Positions 57,190-64,000 of a DNA stretch of 64,000 bases are shown here, one piece after another. Position 1 is the stretch's first letter. Each line of letters starts with the position of its first letter. This stretch comes from a virus. The position numbers and the translations under genes were made by a program. Location of the stretch: positions 64,001 through 128,000 of IMG/VR virus record IMGVR_UViG_3300047557_001530. One strand, given 5' to 3'. Under the pieces are notes generated by a model, which worked only from the letters and a program-made list of their open reading frames with translations, ran no database searches and had not been told where the DNA came from.

Positions 57190-57627
57190 CTATACTCCTA
57201 AATGGTCTTCCGTGAGGATTAAAAATTTCATTTGTCTATCTTCACAGAAATCTTCTGCTGCTTCCCATTTAGCACGATTTTTTATGTATGTTAGAACTTC
57301 TCTTTTCCAAGCAGCGGTTTTTCTTTTTGGTTTTTCTGTAGGACCAGTAACTTGTTTCTTTGGCTTGACTTCTATTAGATATTTACTAACCCTACCATCT
57401 TTGCTTTTCACTTTAATATAAAAATCTGGATAGTATCTATGCACTCTGCCATCCGTAGGGCAACGGTAAGGAATAATTATTTCTTCACTACCCCATTCTA
57501 TAATACTATTGTTATTATCACAAAATACCATAAACTTTCTTTCCCACATGGAACGATAGATGATCCTTGTGGGGTTCCCCCTATATTTTTTGGGGTTAGT
57601 GGGTTTATAGATTCCAGAGTATGCCAT
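57190..57627 (-). CDS. g4: Head completion nuclease gp4
   Basis: MAYSGIYKPTNPKKYRG, YRSMWERKFM, WGSEE, YYPDF, EVKP, NRAKW. Confidence 0.95.
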   Translation of the reverse strand: MAYSGIYKPTNPKKYRGNPTRIIYRSMWERKFMVFCDNNNSIIEWGSEEIIIPYRCPTDGRVHRYYPDFYIKVKSKDGRVSKYLIEVKPKKQVTGPTEKPKRKTAAWKREVLTYIKNRAKWEAAEDFCEDRQMKFLILTEDHLGV

Positions 57628-57658
57628 AAATAAATATATCCCTCCGAGTATATTTAGA

Positions 57659-58363
57659 GTGGCAGGATCAATTACCAATTTCATAAATGCTATCGCTAAA
57701 AATGGTGGCATGTCCATGTCAAATGGATATGACATTGAGTTTGATCTTAGTGGAACGCAAATTCAAAGTGTTCTAAGTCAATACAGTATTACGTTGCCAA
57801 GTGCAAATGATTCTGGAAATCCTGGTGCTTTGATTAATATGTTTTGCGATGAAGCACAGTTACCAAATAGTCAAGCTGCTACTGGACAAATTAATGGTAG
57901 ATATTTGGGCGAGGGTGTCGTAAATTATCCTCACACAAAACTAGTAAGTGACTTTTCTTTGACATGGATGTGTGATGCTAATATGGCACCATACAAATTT
58001 TTAATGGCGTGGTATAATTATATTTTTAATGGCGTAGAAAATTCTAATAGCATAGAACAACAGTCTCCAGATAGTCTCAAAGAATTTAAGCAAAACGCCA
58101 AACCAAAACTTCCAAATCGCTCAACAAGATTACACTATCCAAAAGATTATCAAGCTACTTTAAGAATAGCTAAGACAGAAAAAGGAAATAACGCACCCAA
58201 TAGTAGGGTTCCATTAGTATATGTTATGGAACAATGCTATCCATATTCCGTAGATGCTGTTCCTCTTTCTTATGGAACATCACAATTAACTAGGGTTACT
58301 GCCAATTTTTATTATAGCAAGCATACAATTTTCTTTGCAGACGTTCGTTCATTTAAGGGATAA
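57659..58363 (+). CDS. Tail-tube-fold baseplate protein (gp54/gp19-like)
   Basis: FCDEAQLP, YPYSVDAVPLSYG, VTANFYY; divergent from g4. Confidence 0.75.
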   Translation: MAGSITNFINAIAKNGGMSMSNGYDIEFDLSGTQIQSVLSQYSITLPSANDSGNPGALINMFCDEAQLPNSQAATGQINGRYLGEGVVNYPHTKLVSDFSLTWMCDANMAPYKFLMAWYNYIFNGVENSNSIEQQSPDSLKEFKQNAKPKLPNRSTRLHYPKDYQATLRIAKTEKGNNAPNSRVPLVYVMEQCYPYSVDAVPLSYGTSQLTRVTANFYYSKHTIFFADVRSFKG

Positions 58364-58390
58364 ATAATTAAACGATTTGACTAGAATAAT

Positions 58391-59104
58391 ATGGCATTAC
58401 CTAAAATTGGTTATCCTACATTTGAACTGCAACTTCCTTCCAACGGCAAAACAATTAAGTACAGACCTTTTATAGTAAAAGAAGAAAAGGTTTTACTATT
58501 AGCACTTGAATCTGAAGACGAAGCCCAGATTAAAGATGCGGTAAAAAATTTAATTAAAAATTGTGTCATCACAAGAATCAAAGTTGATGAACTACCTGCT
58601 TTTGATTTAGAATATCTGTTCCTCAGAATCAGAGCAGCATCTGTTGGAGAAATTGTCACCATGAATGTTGTCTGCAAAGATGACAATGAAACTCAGGTTG
58701 AAGTTGCTATTAATTTAAATGAAGTTGAGGTCTTTAAGCCAGAAGGTCATGTGAATAAAATTATGATCGGTGATGATATGGGTATTGTTATGAAGTACCC
58801 AAGCATGGATAGATTTATTGATGCAGAATTTTTAAATAAAGATATTAAAACAGAAGAAGTATTTGAATTTATTGCTGATTCAATTGATCAAGTCTTCACA
58901 AAAGAAGATGTCTGGGATTCTTCCACAACGTCAAGAAAAGAAATGGTTGAGTGGGTGGAGACACTAACCAATAAACAGTTTGAAGACATTCAAAAATTTT
59001 ATGAGACAATGCCAAAACTACAGCATAAATTTACTGTGAAAAATCCAAAGACTGGACTTGAATCTGAATATGAAATCGAGGGTATGCAGAATTTTTTCGC
59101 ATAG
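58391..59104 (+). CDS. g26: Baseplate hub assembly protein gp26
   Basis: MALPKI, KYRPFIVKEEKVLL, FDLEYLFLRIRAASVGE, MKYP, EGMQNFF. Confidence 0.92.
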   Translation: MALPKIGYPTFELQLPSNGKTIKYRPFIVKEEKVLLLALESEDEAQIKDAVKNLIKNCVITRIKVDELPAFDLEYLFLRIRAASVGEIVTMNVVCKDDNETQVEVAINLNEVEVFKPEGHVNKIMIGDDMGIVMKYPSMDRFIDAEFLNKDIKTEEVFEFIADSIDQVFTKEDVWDSSTTSRKEMVEWVETLTNKQFEDIQKFYETMPKLQHKFTVKNPKTGLESEYEIEGMQNFFA

Positions 59105-59283
59105 CACTCTTCCAAAATAGTTTGGAAGGGTATTTTAAAACCAATTTTGCCTTGATGCAGCATCATAAATACTCTTTGACAGAGATTGAAAGTCTCATGC
59201 CTTGGGAACGTGAAGTATATGTTTCTTTGTTATTGCAACACATACAAGAACAAGAAGCTAAACGGGAAGCAGCTAACAGGTAA
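59098..59283 (+). CDS. g51: gp51-like hub assembly domain, in the -1 frame of g26
   Basis: RIALFQNSLEGYFKTNFALMQHHKYSLTEIESLMPWEREVYVSLL; missed by the ORF track; first ATG only at 59155. Confidence 0.75.
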   Translation, partial: RIALFQNSLEGYFKTNFALMQHHKYSLTEIESLMPWEREVYVSLLLQHIQEQEAKREAANR

Positions 59284-62200
59284 TGAAAAATTCTGCCGAA
59301 AATAAATTTAATTTATCAAAAAGAGTAAGGCTACTCGGCAAAATTGTTGGCTATAATACTGCGTTTAATTTAGTTGGATCTAAAAAATTAGGGCAAGGTG
59401 CCTTTGGTACTGTATATTCTTCCAGAGGTGCTGCTGTTAAAGTTGCTCATGCTAAAGGTCAAAAGGAACTTAAGCATGAAGTTTCAATGCTTGAGCAATT
59501 AAAAGGTCTTAAGATAGCCCCACAGTTATTGGGCTCTGGAAAAGGATACGCTGCAATACAACAGTTTAAAGGTAATACATTAAATGATTCTGGAAATTTA
59601 AAAAGAATAAAAGAAGATCCAGTATTTGCTGATTATATTTTTAGAAAAATTGTTGAAGCAATGGGTGCATTGCACCGCAAAAATATTGCTCAAAAAGATT
59701 TACATGCAGGAAACATTTTTATTACTGATGACTACCAAGTAAAAATTCTTGATTATGGTCAGGCATCTAAAGGGTATCCTATAACATACTACGAAACATT
59801 TTTTGGTAGTAACTATGACCCTAAGCAAGGGGCGATAGGATTAATACATCATTTGTTTTTAAATACTCAATCGTATAAAACATATAAGAGAATATTAATT
59901 AATGCAATAAGAATTATATGCAAAAAGAAAGGAATTAGTTCTAAAATTGCATTGCAAAATTATGAAGCAATAGAAGGTAACGAAGAAAAGGAAACAGAAT
60001 ATTTTAATGTCTTAGAAAATTTAGCTCGTCACCCTGAGAATGATCAATCAGATGTAAGCAATTTTTACAGTGCTCTTGATACAGCATTAAAAATTAATAC
60101 AAAAAATCCTTTAAAGACAAAAAGAGTATCATCCAAAACTAGATTACTATCTACATCTTCTACGACAGCTAGAAAAATAAATCAAAAGTATTCATTGAAA
60201 GGAACTATTCCACAAGCATCTGAAGGTGGAGTATTCTCTGGACCAGAAAGTGGCTATCCAGTTATACTACATGGCACCGAAGCTGTCGTTCCATTGGATG
60301 ATCTTAACATACCTCCAGCAAGATATATTCAAGGGCAAGCTGGTGTTTGGGAGCTAGAATTTGAATCAGTTCTAGATCATGCTATTTACTTTGCTGGCAA
60401 GTCTCCATTCCCCAAAGGTGCTAAACAAGCAGAAATACTAGATTGGTTGCAGGATACTTTAGGTATTACCTGGAAAGATATTTCTGAACATCGTGATAAA
60501 ATTATGGATACGATACGTCAGCTAACCCCTGACGCATGGGAAGGAGGCAACTATCCATATTTACATATCCCTAGAGTCGATCCTGATTTTGAAATTGAAA
60601 CTTATGCAGATGCTGATGAAGAAGAGCCAGATGATCTTGATGATTTATTAAATGAAATACGAGATGAAGATGAAGACGAAGATGAGGCTGAAGGTTTAGA
60701 TGAATTACTTGATTTAATAAGGGATACATCTGTTTCTGATACAGAAGAAAAAGAAACAGAGAAAAAGATAGAACAAGCAAACGATATTGCTGAAGACATT
60801 CAGATTGATCCAGATGTTTTATCTGATCTTCCCCCAAGTTTGCAAGCATCTTTAGTTAAAGTAATTAATAGAAAAACAGGTGCTACTATTAATGCTGGTG
60901 ATAAAAAAGAAACAACATCTGCAATTACTAACACTAAAATATACAGATTTTTAACAAATAATTTATTAAAAATTGAAGGGCAATTAGATTCTATTAATGC
61001 TTCTATCAAAGAACAAAATATTTTACTGCAAACTAATTTAGATTTAAATCTAAAAACATTGCAATCGGTAGAAGAACAGGATGCATTGTTAGAAAGAAAA
61101 CTTGATACCATATTAGATCTTTATACTAATCAAACTTCTTTAATTAAAAAATACGAAGAAGATTTAAAGAGACAAGCAACTGAAGCTAGGTTAGAACAAC
61201 AAAGAGATTCTGCATTTACTACTGGATTCACTGACGTTGGTGGGCATACATTAGATTCAAATAGTTTACTCGGCAGATTGGTTAAATTTTTTGGTAAAAA
61301 AATAGCTGTAAAATTGTGGAAATTTTTACCATTAGCTATTAGATCAAGGGCTAAACTTTTAGGCAAAGCATTACGTCCAGGTAAACTACTTGGTAAAGTA
61401 GCTCAAAGAATAGCGGCAAAGAAAGCAGCAGACAAAGCAACTCAAAAAGCAACACAAAAATTTGTTGCAAAAGGTTTTGAACATATAGCATTACCAGCAT
61501 TAAAATCTGCTGACAATGTTGCTGCTAAAGGAGTACAAAAATCTGGCGGCAATTTATTGCAGAGAGCTTTGAGCAGTTCTGTAGTTCAAAAAGCATTGGT
61601 TAAAAAACTTGGTAAAGAAGGTGCAGAAAAACTTACAGTTAAGTTAGCAGCTAAATTAATTCCTGGTGTTGCTACGGCATATGGATTAGGAGAAGGTTTA
61701 GCTAGAATAATGATGGGTGATGTCAAGGGTGGATTCTTATCATTTGGTAGTGCAATACCTGTAGCTGGATATGGATTCGCTGCGGTGGATGTCTTGCGAG
61801 ACATTGATGTGGCTGCATACACGAAACATATTGAAGGACCAGCAATGTCTGGTAAACTTGGCGATGAACAGTTTGCTGCGTTCATTGCAGAGGCATTGGG
61901 AGTTACTGAAAATCAGTATGAAACAGGAACATTGAGTGCTAAACCTGGAGTTGCTATGCTTCATGGTACAGAATTGATTGTGGATAAAAATCAATCAGAA
62001 CAAATGAATCCAATGGCTATTGTTGGGGGCAGTTTATTAGCAGCAACAACAAATTATATTAACAGCATGGGTCCTCTCGCAGCATCTATAGCTCCTACAT
62101 TTAAGCAAGTTGCTGCTCCAATTGCAGAAGAATATGGTATTCCTAAAACATTTACACAAACAAAAGTTGGTGGAGCTTTACCTAATTTAAGTCAAGAACT

Positions 62201-63701
62201 TAAGAGAATAAAAGATAAAAGAAAACAAACACCAGAAGAAGAGCTTGAAGGCATTGAAAAAGATTTATTAGAGACACAGAATTCAGAATCATTTGCAGAA
62301 AAATTATTAAAGATATTGGATCCTCAAGGAAGATTCCAAGAGTTACTTAAAAATATAAACAATCGTCCTACTCCAACAGTCGATGGAGATTCTTTAATGG
62401 CTGAAGGTGGTTATGCCGTAGAAGCATCGGATGTTGGGGATAAATTTGGTGATAGAGGAGGAAAGCATAAAGGAATTGATATTGCTAGTAGCAAATTTAA
62501 AATGGGAACACCTATATCAATAATTAAACCTGGAGTTGTTGAGGATATTGGAAAACTTTCTGATGGAACTGGAGATCCTGGTGGATGGGGGAATTTTGTT
62601 GTTGTTAAACATGATGATGGATTATATTCTTTATATGGTCATTTGAGTGAAGTTAATGCAACAAAAGGACAAAGATTAGAACCATCTGCGAATGGAGTTT
62701 TCCCTGTTATCGGTAAAATTGGTAGCACAGGAAGATCGTCTGGTGCTCATTTGCACTTAGAAGTTGGAACTGGTTGGACAGGAGGAACTTTAAAAGGACA
62801 TATAAATCCACTTCCTATTGTAAATCAATTGATGCGTGGGGGCGGAAATATTAGAAAAGTTGATAGACCAACTGGAACACCAGTAAAAGTTGAAGGTCTT
62901 GGCAAACAAGGTGTTATGGCTAATAAGAATTTTGGTTCTACTTCTGGCGTAGGATCAAAAGGATATTTAATTGTTCCTGGTCATGCTGCTGGAGGAGGAG
63001 CACCTGGAGAAGCAGCTTTAGTTAAACAATTAGCACAAAATGCATACAGCAACTTAAAGCAAAAATATCCTGATGCAAACATTAAATATGTTGATGTAAA
63101 TTCTATGTTTGAAGATACTGAAGCTGGTTTTAATAAACAAAAGCAATGGTATAAAAAAATGGAGCAAGAAGGATGGGAAGTATTAGAAGTTCACATGGAT
63201 GCATCAATGGAATCTGGACAAGGAAGTGGACGAGGAGTTATTGTTCCTAAAGGAGAATTAAACGCAGTAGAAAAACATTTTGCAGAAAACTTTGGAGCAT
63301 TTCCTAGAGGGCATAGAGATCTAGCAGCACCAAATAGAGGAGCTAGTATTTTTGAATTAGGTAATATGTCTCCAGAGTTGCAAAGATCTGTTCAATCAGG
63401 ACAAGTAACAAAACAACAGTTAGATGCATTAACTTCTCCTTTTGAAAGATCTATTGCTGCTGGGTTAAATTTACAATCAATCACTCCTCCATCTGGTCAA
63501 CGACAAAGATTTGAATCGATGCAAGGTAAAGACAAAGATGCAGGCACTAAGCATTTAATCGTTAATCAAGCGACAAGACCTGCGGTTGGTGGTCAAGGAT
63601 CACAAAATATTACTTTTGTCCCTATGGGTTCTGGTAGATGGAGAACAGAAAATGAATACTCGGACACTATCAGAAGTCTTATTATGTCTAGATTACGATA
63701 A
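59283..63701 (+). CDS. Tape-measure/hub-like multidomain protein: Ser/Thr kinase + acidic/helical region + M23 peptidase + Amidase_3
   Basis: LGQGAFGTVY/AVK/E/KDLHAGN/DYG; LHGTE motif x2; HKGID..YGHL..HLHLEV; PGH..E..EVHMD..FELG. Confidence 0.85.
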   Translation: MKNSAENKFNLSKRVRLLGKIVGYNTAFNLVGSKKLGQGAFGTVYSSRGAAVKVAHAKGQKELKHEVSMLEQLKGLKIAPQLLGSGKGYAAIQQFKGNTLNDSGNLKRIKEDPVFADYIFRKIVEAMGALHRKNIAQKDLHAGNIFITDDYQVKILDYGQASKGYPITYYETFFGSNYDPKQGAIGLIHHLFLNTQSYKTYKRILINAIRIICKKKGISSKIALQNYEAIEGNEEKETEYFNVLENLARHPENDQSDVSNFYSALDTALKINTKNPLKTKRVSSKTRLLSTSSTTARKINQKYSLKGTIPQASEGGVFSGPESGYPVILHGTEAVVPLDDLNIPPARYIQGQAGVWELEFESVLDHAIYFAGKSPFPKGAKQAEILDWLQDTLGITWKDISEHRDKIMDTIRQLTPDAWEGGNYPYLHIPRVDPDFEIETYADADEEEPDDLDDLLNEIRDEDEDEDEAEGLDELLDLIRDTSVSDTEEKETEKKIEQANDIAEDIQIDPDVLSDLPPSLQASLVKVINRKTGATINAGDKKETTSAITNTKIYRFLTNNLLKIEGQLDSINASIKEQNILLQTNLDLNLKTLQSVEEQDALLERKLDTILDLYTNQTSLIKKYEEDLKRQATEARLEQQRDSAFTTGFTDVGGHTLDSNSLLGRLVKFFGKKIAVKLWKFLPLAIRSRAKLLGKALRPGKLLGKVAQRIAAKKAADKATQKATQKFVAKGFEHIALPALKSADNVAAKGVQKSGGNLLQRALSSSVVQKALVKKLGKEGAEKLTVKLAAKLIPGVATAYGLGEGLARIMMGDVKGGFLSFGSAIPVAGYGFAAVDVLRDIDVAAYTKHIEGPAMSGKLGDEQFAAFIAEALGVTENQYETGTLSAKPGVAMLHGTELIVDKNQSEQMNPMAIVGGSLLAATTNYINSMGPLAASIAPTFKQVAAPIAEEYGIPKTFTQTKVGGALPNLSQELKRIKDKRKQTPEEELEGIEKDLLETQNSESFAEKLLKILDPQGRFQELLKNINNRPTPTVDGDSLMAEGGYAVEASDVGDKFGDRGGKHKGIDIASSKFKMGTPISIIKPGVVEDIGKLSDGTGDPGGWGNFVVVKHDDGLYSLYGHLSEVNATKGQRLEPSANGVFPVIGKIGSTGRSSGAHLHLEVGTGWTGGTLKGHINPLPIVNQLMRGGGNIRKVDRPTGTPVKVEGLGKQGVMANKNFGSTSGVGSKGYLIVPGHAAGGGAPGEAALVKQLAQNAYSNLKQKYPDANIKYVDVNSMFEDTEAGFNKQKQWYKKMEQEGWEVLEVHMDASMESGQGSGRGVIVPKGELNAVEKHFAENFGAFPRGHRDLAAPNRGASIFELGNMSPELQRSVQSGQVTKQQLDALTSPFERSIAAGLNLQSITPPSGQRQRFESMQGKDKDAGTKHLIVNQATRPAVGGQGSQNITFVPMGSGRWRTENEYSDTIRSLIMSRLR

Positions 63702-63723
63702 ATATTTCGTCAGGGTATTATAA

Positions 63724-64000
63724 ATGGCAGCTTTTACAGAAGGGTTTTCATATCATGGAAATAATATTGATGTAGTATCTAAAGTTATGGCCGCTCGTTC
63801 GATGGCGAAGGCTGAACGAGAGTATGCTGAAAAAACTTTAGCTGCCCAACAAAAAAATGTCCCCGATGATGATAAATTAAAGCTTGAAGATTTTGGTATT
63901 AAGAAAGGATACTTCTTTCGCAAAGCATTAAAGCATGAATTTGGTGGCGATTATTATTTAAGAAAAAAAGAAAAAATTTCTGACATTGTTTCTAGGGTTA
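63724..64000 (+). CDS. Next tail/baseplate-region protein (3' truncated)
   Basis: MAAFTEGFSY... open to window end; GATAAATA upstream. Confidence 0.7.
   Translation, partial: MAAFTEGFSYHGNNIDVVSKVMAARSMAKAEREYAEKTLAAQQKNVPDDDKLKLEDFGIKKGYFFRKALKHEFGGDYYLRKKEKISDIVSRV

Overview
64 kb of the core genome of a T4-like cyanomyovirus (Kyanoviridae-type; low GC; the psbA-only photosynthesis cassette and gene mix suggest a freshwater Synechococcus/Cyanobium phage, which is inference). In order: head genes (g20 3' end, g21, g22, g23), g3, uvsY/uvsW, g55, g47/g46, a metallopeptidase-vWA + CobS/MoxR AAA+ pair, the replisome (g45, g44, g62, regA, hsp20, g43, uvsX, g41), mazG, tRNAs, putative head and virion proteins, g61, nrdA/nrdB, a lysis region, a tRNA/ncRNA island, an SLH-porin, hli x2, petF, a 1504-aa repeat fibre, psbA, glutaredoxin, rnh, speD, a tandem glutamine riboswitch with a YRG peptide, thyX, phoH, exonuclease, g33, g32, and tail/baseplate genes (g53, g48, g2, g4, g54/19-like, g26, g51-like). 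The window ends with a 1472-aa tape-measure-like protein and the start of one more ORF. Main observations: (1) three candidate programmed -1 frameshifts, each a slippery heptamer just before a stop codon plus a downstream hairpin; one appears to be the only way to make the catalytic part of a GH24 lysozyme, as a fusion to a C39-like peptidase; (2) a Ser/Thr-kinase domain fused to the N-terminus of the tape-measure-like protein, which also carries M23 peptidase and amidase domains; (3) a tRNA-Arg(UCU) split inside its anticodon by a structured 46-nt insert too short for a group I intron; (4) repeated pseudoknot-like RNA units bracketing small ORFs, and a structured leader before rlpA. All calls come from reading motifs and synteny by eye; no searches were run.
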